DNA of 64,000 bases from a virus (IMGVR_UViG_3300032320_001622:1195-65194); one strand, 5' to 3'; counted from the stretch's first letter, positions 11,029 to 19,201 are shown. Program-made: numbers and translations. The notes: generated by a model from the letters alone, not told the origin.

Positions 11029-11830
11029 TTTCTATCCTATCCATGACTTTTTGAGTTATGTATGAATATTTACCATCGCTTCTCTTTATCTTAATTATTT
11101 TAGATTTATGTGGTGAAGTATATTGATTTACTGTTATGGGTATGGTTTCATCGGGTATTATGTGTTTTTTTTTAATATCTTCCAGCATATTAGGTTCAAA
11201 TGAGGGAACCATAGAGGAAAAAACAGACCCACATTCCCAAGAATACCACTCAAACCCTTTTCTCTTTGCTAGGGGATACCAACCATCGAAACAAGTTTTG
11301 ACTTGATCTAGAGTTTTCTTGAAGTTGTGTTTCTTCTTTAAATCGAATTCCTGTGCATCATACGAATACTTGGATTCCATACTGTCTGCATGAAGATCAT
11401 TTCCTACAAATATTAGATTGTTTGCTCCTCTTGTATGCGCCCACTGAATTGCCATAGTCACAGATTTATGAGGACCGCGAATAAGAGGTTTTTTAGGATC
11501 GTATAATATAGCATCTACATTATCATTTGCTTTATTCGTCTCATTACAATCCACCAACATAAAATCTTTTCTTGATGAGAACTTGCTTTTATTGTTTCTG
11601 CTGTTTGCTATTACCTTTTTGATGTTCTCGTCTTGCCAAGCAACCTTACCCTCTTCACCGTGCATCTGGTTCAGCATATCCGCAAGAACCCAGTAATCAC
11701 CTTTTTTGAGTGTGCGAATCGCTGTGCTTATGACGACGACAGGGACTCCCAAACTAAAACAGTCCACCTTGTTGAGAGATGGACCAGAACAGGCGATTAC
11801 GCAAACACCATCAGGAAACAGGTTGCTCAT
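11012..11830 (-). CDS. Maf/DUF115-like sugar-transfer protein
   Basis: VIACSGPSL, SVTMAIQWA and IFVGND motifs. Confidence 0.5.
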   Translation of the reverse strand: MSNLFPDGVCVIACSGPSLNKVDCFSLGVPVVVISTAIRTLKKGDYWVLADMLNQMHGEEGKVAWQDENIKKVIANSRNNKSKFSSRKDFMLVDCNETNKANDNVDAILYDPKKPLIRGPHKSVTMAIQWAHTRGANNLIFVGNDLHADSMESKYSYDAQEFDLKKKHNFKKTLDQVKTCFDGWYPLAKRKGFEWYSWECGSVFSSMVPSFEPNMLEDIKKKHIIPDETIPITVNQYTSPHKSKIIKIKRSDGKYSYITQKVMDRIENGKQR

Positions 11831-12467
11831 TTGAGTGATACTCCTTTATAGTATCAAACAAATCCCTGACATAATCCATAGGATTTCTCTGATACACATT
11901 CATCATACCGTCTTCGGAGGACATTATGATTACGATATTATCTATCGCTTTTCCATAACGCTCCTGATACATTATGGCATATGCAGTGGCCTGCATGAAG
12001 TATTCCTTGATGTCGCTGGGTGGTTTTTCCTTAGACGCACTCTTAAAATCAATCACGGAAAGAACACCATCGTATTCTGCAATACAATCGACTCTTCCTG
12101 CCAGTTTTAGTGTGTCCGACCAGAGAGTGGTTTCAAGAAGATGAATGTTGTCGATCTTGTCGATCTCGCTCTCGGCCTGGGAAAAAAGAAACAGATCCGC
12201 GAAGTTTATCTTCTTGCGATCCATTTCCTCGTTGTTGAGATATTTCTCCACCAGAGAATGGAAACGGGTTCCGCGAACCGAAACTCTTTTCGCTTCATCT
12301 GGATTGTTTTTTCGCCACTCTGCAAAGAATGCTTTCTTGGCGTGACCAGTAACAGTAGTAACAGAAGGGTAGCGATTTCCTTCTGGTGTCACATAGAAGC
12401 GTTTACCGTTTTCTTCTATTCTTTGTAATTCTTGTTTTTGTATTTCTGTATGATTAAAATTTCGCAT
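11811..12467 (-). CDS. PD-(D/E)xK exonuclease (T4-like phage type)
   Basis: RFYVTP..YPSVTT, RGTRFH, AGRVD, IDFKS and Q..AY motifs. Confidence 0.85.
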   Translation of the reverse strand: MRNFNHTEIQKQELQRIEENGKRFYVTPEGNRYPSVTTVTGHAKKAFFAEWRKNNPDEAKRVSVRGTRFHSLVEKYLNNEEMDRKKINFADLFLFSQAESEIDKIDNIHLLETTLWSDTLKLAGRVDCIAEYDGVLSVIDFKSASKEKPPSDIKEYFMQATAYAIMYQERYGKAIDNIVIIMSSEDGMMNVYQRNPMDYVRDLFDTIKEYHSNEQPVS

Positions 12468-12486
12468 TCAGACCTCTACTGAGTAT

Positions 12487-13203
12487 TTATCGCTTATTCA
12501 GATCATCTTCAGCATCAACCGTTACTTTTCCAGATTTAACACTACCGCTTACAGGCAGCGCATCACCTTTAGGGTGAAGATATGCGATTGCTTTTGTTGA
12601 CTTTTTATTTCCTGCTCTAGATGCCCAAACACCAATACCATTTGCAGATGGTTGTAGTTCCACATTTGCGTGCGTCTTTCCATTTGGATGTCTAAAATGT
12701 TTGACACCTTGATGCATGGCGATATAACCATTCTTTTCATGGCCAACTACTGTAACACCAGCAACATCTCCTTCATCGTGTTCTCCTTCGAGTATAGCAT
12801 TAATATCGGGAATTCCTAATGTTTTTGCAGCCTTTTCTGTAGTTTGCATTCGTTCTGTTTGAGATCTTATTCTTTCTGCTTTTGCTGCTCCTTCTACTTT
12901 TCCTACCGCTGCTGCTCTGTTTCTTGCTGTTTGTTGTTGGGTTTTACCAATACCTCTTTCAACTTCACGATTGAATGCCAGCAATTGTGTGTCTGGTTCT
13001 CCAGATCCTGGCTTATCTGGTCTTTCCGCTGCCCAACGATACTGTCCTGTGTGATCTACGGCGTCTGTTGATCTTTGCCCTCTTTTCGAAGCAATAAATG
13101 TCCTGCTGCGAACCACATCTCTAGCGGCGGCCTGGGATTTAAATCCTCTCTTATATTCCTGTAGAGAGTGAATGTTTTCCAGTAGTTGTTTGTATTTTTT
13201 CAT
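12487..13203 (-). CDS. hypothetical late protein, candidate head internal protein
   Basis: TATAAATA at 13221-13228 upstream; MKKYKQLLE start; basic composition. Confidence 0.6.
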   Translation of the reverse strand: MKKYKQLLENIHSLQEYKRGFKSQAAARDVVRSRTFIASKRGQRSTDAVDHTGQYRWAAERPDKPGSGEPDTQLLAFNREVERGIGKTQQQTARNRAAAVGKVEGAAKAERIRSQTERMQTTEKAAKTLGIPDINAILEGEHDEGDVAGVTVVGHEKNGYIAMHQGVKHFRHPNGKTHANVELQPSANGIGVWASRAGNKKSTKAIAYLHPKGDALPVSGSVKSGKVTVDAEDDLNKR

Positions 13204-13227
13204 AGTTATTCCTTTTACCTTATTTAT

Positions 13228-13372
13228 AAAGCCACCATCTTCCTTCGAAGATGGTGGCCGGTAGCGAAATTCCGTGTCGGAGGACTATGACCCCCTTCCA
13301 ACGCGCGGTGAATAGCGTAATCACGCTTGCACCGTCCCCACAACCGACTCAGTGAGAAGATTTGGGGCGAAC
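13228..13372 (-). ncRNA. candidate structured ncRNA with pseudoknot, ending in a terminator
   Basis: intergenic; CTAAATA at 13378-13384; three hairpins; GTCGG/CCGAC loop pairing; 12-bp terminal stem followed by TTT. Confidence 0.5.
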
Positions 13373-13386
13373 AGAAGTATTTAGTA

Positions 13387-13887
13387 TTATCCGTATTTGT
13401 CGAATCCTTTTTTACCAGAAACACTAGTATCAAATCTATCAATAATAGCCTTATCTTCCGCTTCTCTTTCTTTTGCCAAACGATCAATAGATACGGCTTT
13501 CATGGTTGCTGCACATTCATTCTTTATTCTGTCTATAGTGGCTCTTATGTTTTTCTCTTTTTGTGCATTTCCTGCTGCATTATTCAATAACTGCTGATAA
13601 TAATCCAATCTTCGAACACAATCTGCTTTTTCAGCAGCAAGTCCAGATTTTTCTTTTGTTGCTTTCTCTGCCCTATTAACCGCAGCGCCAGCAGCACCAG
13701 TTATTGCTTTTAATCCCGAGCCAGGTTTCGCACCACGCTCAAACCCCGCGGCAACAGATCTACTCACCTCGGCTGCTGCTCCGACCTTTGCAAGACCTCT
13801 TGTTGCAACACCAGCAAGACCAGCCAAACCACTCAATATACCTTCATCCAACTCACGCTCTTTAGTGTAATGCAAAAATGTCTTCAT
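13387..13887 (-). CDS. hypothetical late protein
   Basis: TAAATA upstream; MKTFLHYTKE..LDE|G start. Confidence 0.6.
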   Translation of the reverse strand: MKTFLHYTKERELDEGILSGLAGLAGVATRGLAKVGAAAEVSRSVAAGFERGAKPGSGLKAITGAAGAAVNRAEKATKEKSGLAAEKADCVRRLDYYQQLLNNAAGNAQKEKNIRATIDRIKNECAATMKAVSIDRLAKEREAEDKAIIDRFDTSVSGKKGFDKYG

Positions 13888-13913
13888 AGTTTATCCTTTA
13901 TTTGTATTTATCA

Positions 13914-14564
13914 TCAGTGAACAGTACGAAGTTGTTCGTCTAGTTGTATCTGTATTTGATTTCTTGTTTCTTCCATTTTCTCAACAACTATTGGCATATT
14001 CTTTTCCGTTGACTTAGTTTTAGCAGGACTGCCCCACTGAAGCATTAAGAAACCACAAACATTATTCTCACAACGAACAGGAAGAACCATATATGAAACG
14101 ATACTGCCAGAAACCAAAAAGTTCTTAAAATAAGAATCTTTATCTTCTTTTGTCAAATGTAAATGAGCAGCATCTTCCAAAATCTTGCCAATCAGGGGGG
14201 TGAAAAGAGAAATCAACATTCCTTGTAATCTATCACCGTCAGCAGAGACACCTTTGGCAAGAGATTCATGGGTCAGCGACATCTTACGCATAGAAACACC
14301 ATCCATAAAATATTCACCATTATGGAACTGAACAAGTTGCGCTCTCGCTGCATCAGTAGAAAAACGAAGTTCTGTAAGAAGTTCGTGTATCTGACTATGA
14401 ATAAGCCAGTTTGTATTTTTATTTGCTTTTTGTTTATTTTTCTTTATGACGGAACTTTTTCTTTTCCATCCAATCATAAACCCTGAGAGGAGTGCAAATA
14501 ATCCCACACCAATATCAATCCAAGTTGCAAATGGTATACTGGAGAAAAAATTCGTCATTCCCAT
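13914..14564 (-). CDS. T4 T-like holin candidate (TM helix plus GAF-like domain)
   Basis: single N-terminal TM helix, then FHNG motif and a GAF-like sheet pattern. Confidence 0.5.
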   Translation of the reverse strand: MGMTNFFSSIPFATWIDIGVGLFALLSGFMIGWKRKSSVIKKNKQKANKNTNWLIHSQIHELLTELRFSTDAARAQLVQFHNGEYFMDGVSMRKMSLTHESLAKGVSADGDRLQGMLISLFTPLIGKILEDAAHLHLTKEDKDSYFKNFLVSGSIVSYMVLPVRCENNVCGFLMLQWGSPAKTKSTEKNMPIVVEKMEETRNQIQIQLDEQLRTVH

Positions 14565-14634
14565 AAAGCCTTCCTTATGCTAGAAACATATTGATAAGTT
14601 CGACAAAAATGGTTCTTAATATGTATAAACAAAC

Positions 14635-14654
14635 AAACCCCCGTGAGGGGGTTT
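14635..14654 (-). terminator. intrinsic terminator after the tmRNA
   Basis: AAACCCCC-TCAC-GGGGGTTT followed by GTTTGTTT. Confidence 0.7.
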
Positions 14655-14659
14655 GAGCC

Positions 14660-14990
14660 AATTCAGATGCGGGATGGCCAATCCCCACTGCTTCAGGCAG
14701 CACGACGCATAGGTGCGGCGTTTAAAATTGCAACATTTTTTTAACGACACCTATTGCACGGTGACGGACATCTCCCTGTTACTTACTTGACGCCAGTCGA
14801 TTCTGTTCGACCCCGTAGTTAGTTGACACTATGATGGATTACACCATCTATCTTGCTTTGTCGGTCAATTACTAGATAGACCGTTTTACGCAAGCGCATC
14901 TCTTGTCAAGACCGCGTTTCCGTCAGAACGCCAATAGTGTCGAATGGAGTCGAGGGGATTCGCACCCCTGTCCTGATCGTCTTTCTTCTT
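14660..14990 (-). ncRNA. ssrA: circularly permuted (two-piece) tmRNA
   Basis: acceptor piece (AGGGG-TGCGAAT-CCCCT-CGACTCC-A, ending 14945) lies upstream of the coding piece that starts GGGGTCGAACAGAATCGAC at 14814; G3:U70 pair; pk1; tag AAPMRRAA* at 14719-14693. Confidence 0.9.
14824..14941 (-). ncRNA. tRNA-like structured element in the tmRNA intervening segment
   Basis: 8-bp closing stem GACACTAT/ATAGTGTC, D-like hairpin, long variable arm and T-like arm GATGG-TGTAAT-CCATC. Confidence 0.5.
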
Positions 14991-15006
14991 CAGATCATAA
15001 ATGTCA

Positions 15007-15387
15007 TTAGTATGTATTTTCCATTTCTGGCTGAAATGGATTATATTTCTTAGTAGGGTATTGGTGTTTCTTATACAAGGTGCCGTTGTTATTATTCAAC
15101 AACATTTTTGCTTGATTGTTGTTATGCGATTGAAGAACATCGACTTGAAGTTCTAGAACTTCGATCTTCTTTTGAAGACGCTCAATCTCAAGCAAACACT
15201 GATCGTTCTCGTCCTTGATGTCCTGCAACTTGTCTTTGTTGCAAGTCATCAAACTAGACACGATCAGGTTGGGATTATCGCTAATGAAAGTGACAGTATA
15301 TTCCCAGTTGTTGCCTGGACCAAGAAGTTTTCTCACATCACAGGAAAGAAAACCAAACTCATTTTCCGCTGGATTGGGATTGCTCAT
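15007..15387 (-). CDS. hypothetical coiled-coil protein
   Basis: 126-aa ORF with GAGGA RBS, in the run of minus-strand genes. Confidence 0.6.
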   Translation of the reverse strand: MSNPNPAENEFGFLSCDVRKLLGPGNNWEYTVTFISDNPNLIVSSLMTCNKDKLQDIKDENDQCLLEIERLQKKIEVLELQVDVLQSHNNNQAKMLLNNNNGTLYKKHQYPTKKYNPFQPEMENTY

Positions 15388-15492
15388 TTCTTTCCTCTTC
15401 AGCCAAACGCTTCATCGCTTCGTTGTATCGAACAAAGATACGATTCCGAATCTGCTCTAGATGTTGATCGTCATCGTAGTTCTCATCTGGTT

Positions 15493-15747
15493 TCACTGCT
15501 CGACCTCCAAGCGAACCTTGAAGTGTTTTTCCTTTGCTTGTTCCACGATAAGACCAGTAATCTTACCGAAACCAAGATTGTCTCCGACCATGAGCATCGG
15601 ACCACCTTCAGGATCGAAGTAGGCGATCTCTGTGTTCTCATCATTCATTCCAACACGGTAGTAATGCGCTTCACCCTCCATAGTGTACATTCCGTGACCA
15701 TTGTTGGTGATTGTCCTCTTCTTACCGTAACGATCAATCATACTCAT
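15493..15747 (-). CDS. hypothetical protein
   Basis: 84 aa; AAGGA RBS; start overlaps the upstream stop. Confidence 0.65.
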   Translation of the reverse strand: MSMIDRYGKKRTITNNGHGMYTMEGEAHYYRVGMNDENTEIAYFDPEGGPMLMVGDNLGFGKITGLIVEQAKEKHFKVRLEVEQ

Positions 15748-16040
15748 TAGTCCGCCCCTTCCTTGTGCTGCGGAATTCTATACAGAATTGTGTAGCATTT
15801 CGCTTCAGAAATGTCGTCTCTCCATTTTACCCAATATCCACGACGAAGCAACTCTTTCATCGCAGAAATCTGATATTCTCTGAAATGATATTGCACATTT
15901 TGAGAATCATCCTGTATCATTTGTAGAACTTTGTATTCTACATCTGAGAACCATCCTGCGTTCAAGGTGTCTTGTGAATATTGTGAGATGGCATCTTCGG
16001 TCATCTCCTTGAGATATTTCATTTCATATTCTATTGGCAT
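15747..16040 (-). CDS. hypothetical protein
   Basis: 97 aa; AGGAG RBS just after tRNA-Tyr. Confidence 0.65.
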   Translation of the reverse strand: MPIEYEMKYLKEMTEDAISQYSQDTLNAGWFSDVEYKVLQMIQDDSQNVQYHFREYQISAMKELLRRGYWVKWRDDISEAKCYTILYRIPQHKEGAD

Positions 16041-16054
16041 AACAAACTCCTAAG

Positions 16055-16135
16055 TGGTTGCGGAGGGACTCGAACCCCCGAAGCCTATGGCATTTGATTT
16101 ACAATCAAACCTCGTTGCCGCTTGAGTACACAACC
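16055..16135 (-). tRNA. tRNA-Tyr(GTA)
   Basis: cloverleaf; TTTGA-TTGTAAA-TCAAA; long variable arm; GGTTCGAGTCC. Confidence 0.95.
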
Positions 16136-16138
16136 GAA

Positions 16139-16210
16139 CTGATCTGACTGGATTCGAACCAGTAACCTATCCGTTAACAGCGGATTGCACTGCCGTTGTG
16201 CTACAGATCA
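16139..16210 (-). tRNA. tRNA-Asn(GTT)
   Basis: ATCCG-CTGTTAA-CGGAT; GGTTCGAATCC. Confidence 0.95.
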
Positions 16211-16211
16211 A

Positions 16212-16298
16212 CGGAAGATGTGGGATTCGAACCCACGGTACACTTACGCGCACACAGCATTTCCAATGCTGCTCCTTCAACCACTCGGACAACCTTCC
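16212..16298 (-). tRNA. tRNA-Ser(GGA)
   Basis: CAGCA-TTGGAAA-TGCTG; long variable arm; G73. Confidence 0.95.
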
Positions 16299-16303
16299 AA
16301 GAA

Positions 16304-16374
16304 AGCGGACAGCGGGATTCGAACCCGCGAGAAAAGTTTGGAAAACTCTTATGTTGCCACTACATCATGCCCGC
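16304..16374 (-). tRNA. tRNA-Gly(TCC)
   Basis: AGAGT-TTTCCAA-ACTTT; U73. Confidence 0.93.
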
Positions 16375-16377
16375 AAA

Positions 16378-16450
16378 TACTCCCTGACGGATTCGAACCA
16401 TCGACCTTTTCCGTGTAAAGGAAACACTCTAGCCGCTGAGTTAAGGGAGC
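16378..16450 (-). tRNA. tRNA-Val(TAC)
   Basis: TTTCC-TTTACAC-GGAAA. Confidence 0.95.
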
Positions 16451-16459
16451 GCACACTAT

Positions 16460-16672
16460 TTATCGTCCTCTAGAACATTCTCGTTCCAATCGACGCGCAC
16501 CTTCCTTCGTCTTTGCTACGAACAGATCTCCACCTGTCTTGTGTGGAAAGATTTGTCGAGCAACATAACGAAAAGTGTGCTTGTCTGAACACTTGACGCA
16601 GTATTCAGTTTCGGGAAGAAACTCAAGCCGAGCGGCAGGAATACCTTCACCGCATTCTTCACAATTACGCAT
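16460..16672 (-). CDS. DksA/TraR C4-type zinc finger protein
   Basis: CEECGEGIPAARLEFLPETEYCVKC motif. Confidence 0.8.
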   Translation of the reverse strand: MRNCEECGEGIPAARLEFLPETEYCVKCSDKHTFRYVARQIFPHKTGGDLFVAKTKEGARRLERECSRGR

Positions 16673-16865
16673 ATGCAATCTTCTCAAATGAAAACTTGAT
16701 GGTCTTTCGTTCGATGAATGCTTCTCCATCGGCATGCATCTTACGCTGCTTAGTAATGGTCTTTCCTAGACCAAACGGTTTGCAGATGGTGCGATTGTGC
16801 TTTACGACAGCAGCACCTTCGCGTTCTGCTTCTAGATCAAATCTATCAAGAACTCGTTTTGGCAT
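16665..16865 (-). CDS. hypothetical protein, probably leaderless
   Basis: ATG lies 6 nt downstream of TATAAT. Confidence 0.6.
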   Translation of the reverse strand: MPKRVLDRFDLEAEREGAAVVKHNRTICKPFGLGKTITKQRKMHADGEAFIERKTIKFSFEKIAYA

Positions 16866-16871
16866 GTGAGT

Positions 16872-16899
16872 ATTATACTCCCTACAGAAAAGAAGTCAA
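16872..16899 (-). promoter_or_regulatory. sigma70-type early promoter
   Basis: TTGACT-16 bp-TATAAT. Confidence 0.8.
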
Positions 16900-16906
16900 G
16901 AAGAGT

Positions 16907-17119
16907 TTAGATCAAACCATTCTCTTCATCGAACTTAGCAATCCTGTCCATGGCATAATTGCTGAGTTCTTTTTGAGTTTCCTTAAGTTTCCTCTGAAGT
17001 TCCATAATCTCCCCATATGCATCCCCGATCAAGAGAAGAACATCTTTGGGAAGATCGGTTCGCTTGGTGGCGACACGAAGGCGATAGTCGATATGGTCTT
17101 CGTCATCTTGCCGCATCAT
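16907..17119 (-). CDS. hypothetical protein
   Basis: 70 aa; GAGG RBS. Confidence 0.55.
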   Translation of the reverse strand: MMRQDDEDHIDYRLRVATKRTDLPKDVLLLIGDAYGEIMELQRKLKETQKELSNYAMDRIAKFDEENGLI

Positions 17120-17496
17120 TACACCTCATTTACTCTGGGCTTCTTCTCAGCCTCTTCCAATCGCTTCTTTGACTCTTGGAGCGTTCTCTCACGCTCCTCA
17201 TCCAACTTCCTATCAATCGTGTCGAATATCTTGCCCAAATCCTTTGCGTTGATAGTCGCTCCATCGTCTGCATTCTTTGCAGTCTTGTAAAGGATTTCGC
17301 GCATTTGTTCGTACTTCCACCGAATGTGGTCAAGTTGCAGAACCACATTGCAGTCCTGTGGAGTGATCTCGTCCGCTTCGACCATGTGCTTGCAAAGCGT
17401 ATCAATCTTGGCATCACTGATCTCCGTGAATGGAAGAATCGGGGGAGCGGAAACCAATGTCACACAGGCAGCAGCCATAAGTGTTAAATGGTTCAT
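17119..17496 (-). CDS. hypothetical exported protein
   Basis: hydrophobic signal-like N-terminus; ATGA overlap with the upstream gene. Confidence 0.6.
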   Translation of the reverse strand: MNHLTLMAAACVTLVSAPPILPFTEISDAKIDTLCKHMVEADEITPQDCNVVLQLDHIRWKYEQMREILYKTAKNADDGATINAKDLGKIFDTIDRKLDEERERTLQESKKRLEEAEKKPRVNEV

Positions 17497-18122
17497 CGAC
17501 GCCGCCTTCCAACGATACCAGCAACCGCAAGCAGGGCAAGTGCCGATGGTGCAGGAACCACCGTGTATTCGATGTTGTCGATGGCAAGGTTAGAAGAAAG
17601 AGATCCAGTGCTGTATATCTTGATCTCCGTGATGTTGTTCAGCGGACCAGGGTATACCGAAGAGATGTTCAGTTTTACCCGCTGTGCTGTGGTGAGTTGT
17701 GCAGAAAAGGTAAACACACCCTGTCCGTATCGGTAGCCTTCAATGACTACTGTGATTGAAGTCCACGCTGATGTGACTTCAATGCTGTTAAGCATCCAAA
17801 GATCATCACGACGAATGCGGTAGTTCTTGCTCTGCTCTGAACCCCAAGGGGTAAACAAAGCACGATCCCCGATGATTCCCTCATCGTATCCTCCGTATCC
17901 CTGACCACCAACGAGATCGTAGTATGCCCATTGGAAGTTGCCTGGGGCGTATGAACTTGTGAAGTGGAATCCCTCGTATGAGGAGAGGTAATCCCAATAG
18001 AATCCCGTGTTCGGGGGACTGGTCGTGGCAGTGGTGGGCGCAGGAAGGTTCTCAAAGGTGCAGAGAGTCCCAGTTCCGTGTGCTGCCGTTGCGATAAATG
18101 CTGTTGCGATTAGTGTCTTCAT
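17493..18122 (-). CDS. PEP-CTERM-type exosortase substrate
   Basis: signal peptide MKTLIATAFIATAAHG; C-terminus VPAPSALALLAVAGIVGRRRR. Confidence 0.85.
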   Translation of the reverse strand: MKTLIATAFIATAAHGTGTLCTFENLPAPTTATTSPPNTGFYWDYLSSYEGFHFTSSYAPGNFQWAYYDLVGGQGYGGYDEGIIGDRALFTPWGSEQSKNYRIRRDDLWMLNSIEVTSAWTSITVVIEGYRYGQGVFTFSAQLTTAQRVKLNISSVYPGPLNNITEIKIYSTGSLSSNLAIDNIEYTVVPAPSALALLAVAGIVGRRRR

Positions 18123-18138
18123 TGTGTGTTTTCCTTGT

Positions 18139-18441
18139 TCATTTGTAATCCTTGTGGCAGTCCCAGCCGCGCTTCTCAATTTCCTGCGACAGTTCCGCCC
18201 ACGAACACCGCTCCTTTACCCACAAGAGGATTTCCCGCCGCGCCTCGTCGCGCTCGTTTGTAAGTTCAAGAATCTTTTCTGAACGCATATCACACATATT
18301 GATACGCTCAGTCAACTCATTACGAAGTCTTTTAATCTCGTCAATGGCTTCGTCAATGTCTGTGAAATCGCTGTCATTGTACGGTCTATCGTTCATCATC
18401 AAATCCGACAGTTCTGCAAGTCTTTCAATGATGTCGCTCAC
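18139..18441 (-). CDS. hypothetical protein (ERDEARRE...RGWDC family)
   Basis: shares its C-terminal motif with 18665..18943. Confidence 0.65.
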   Translation of the reverse strand: MSDIIERLAELSDLMMNDRPYNDSDFTDIDEAIDEIKRLRNELTERINMCDMRSEKILELTNERDEARREILLWVKERCSWAELSQEIEKRGWDCHKDYK

Positions 18442-18668
18442 TTTCCGTCCTCCTTGTTAGGTGGCAGCACATCCATCACGACGAGATCATCAAGGTCAGT
18501 CCAAAAATAGGTGTTGGCAAGTTCGTTGCGGAACTTTCCAATCCTGCCGTTTGAATTTAGTTCTAGCAGCGTCCATTCATTGCGTTGGATTCTTGTGATT
18601 ATGTCCGTCAGCAGTAGCCGCTTTCCTATTAGTTCTTCCCATTTGTATTTATTCATTTCGTCGCTCAC
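18438..18668 (-). CDS. hypothetical protein
   Basis: GGAGG RBS; GTGA overlaps at both ends. Confidence 0.6.
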   Translation of the reverse strand: MSDEMNKYKWEELIGKRLLLTDIITRIQRNEWTLLELNSNGRIGKFRNELANTYFWTDLDDLVVMDVLPPNKEDGK

Positions 18669-18943
18669 TTGCCGTCCTCCTTGAAGCAGTCCCAGCCGCG
18701 ACGATTTGCCTCCGCGAGTGCATCGTCAAAGACAACAGATCGTCTCTGCCTTCTACACAACTCCCGCCTTGCCTCGTCGCGTTCGGCGCGCAGTTTCTTG
18801 TTCATTTCACCAACAGGCTCACAAGCCATGCAGGAACCTTCGAATCCGTTTTTGAGTTCTTCGATTTGCAGACGCAGAGCCTGGTTTTCTACGACCAACT
18901 CTTGATTACGCATCATAATGTCTTCGATGTTGATGTAGTTCAT
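18665..18943 (-). CDS. hypothetical protein (ERDEARRE...RGWDC family)
   Basis: CxxC plus a coiled coil; paralog of 18139..18441. Confidence 0.65.
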   Translation of the reverse strand: MNYINIEDIMMRNQELVVENQALRLQIEELKNGFEGSCMACEPVGEMNKKLRAERDEARRELCRRQRRSVVFDDALAEANRRGWDCFKEDGK

Positions 18944-18945
18944 AA

Positions 18946-19033
18946 CGGACAGAGAAGGATTCGAACCCTCGAAGGCTTATAAAGCCTTATTCGTTTAGTA
19001 GACGAGCGCATTAGACCACTCTGCCATCTGTCC
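18946..19033 (-). tRNA. tRNA-Ser(ACT), rare A34 anticodon
   Basis: CTCGT-CTACTAA-ACGAA; long variable arm AAGGC..GCCTT; G73. Confidence 0.88.
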
Positions 19034-19037
19034 AAAA

Positions 19038-19111
19038 TGATCGCACGGGGACTCGAACCCCGACTCATCGCCTTGAAAGGGCGAGGATTTAGCCAGTTAA
19101 TCTATGCGACC
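19038..19111 (-). tRNA. tRNA-Glu(TTC)
   Basis: TCGCC-CTTTCAA-GGCGA. Confidence 0.93.
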
Positions 19112-19115
19112 GTAG

Positions 19116-19196
19116 TGGGATTGGTGGGAGTCGAACCCACACGCCTTTCGGCAACGCATTTTGAGTGCGTCGTGGCTGCCATTACACCACAATCCC
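19116..19196 (-). tRNA. tRNA-Leu(CAA)
   Basis: ACGCA-CTCAAAA-TGCGT; variable arm GCC-GAAA-GGC. Confidence 0.93.
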
Positions 19197-19201
19197 GTTT
19201 G

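Noticed and set aside
13260-13376. HDV-like ribozyme on the plus strand (GGGGCGAA resembles J4/2)
   Set aside because: I could not build P1, P1.1, P2 and P3 pairings; kept only as a generic ncRNA candidate
14824-14941. Bona fide tRNA-Sec
   Set aside because: No TCA anticodon, a weak anticodon stem and a 6-nt T-loop
16185-16473. Short ORFs over the tRNA cluster (also 22896-23180)
   Set aside because: They are antisense translations of tRNA genes
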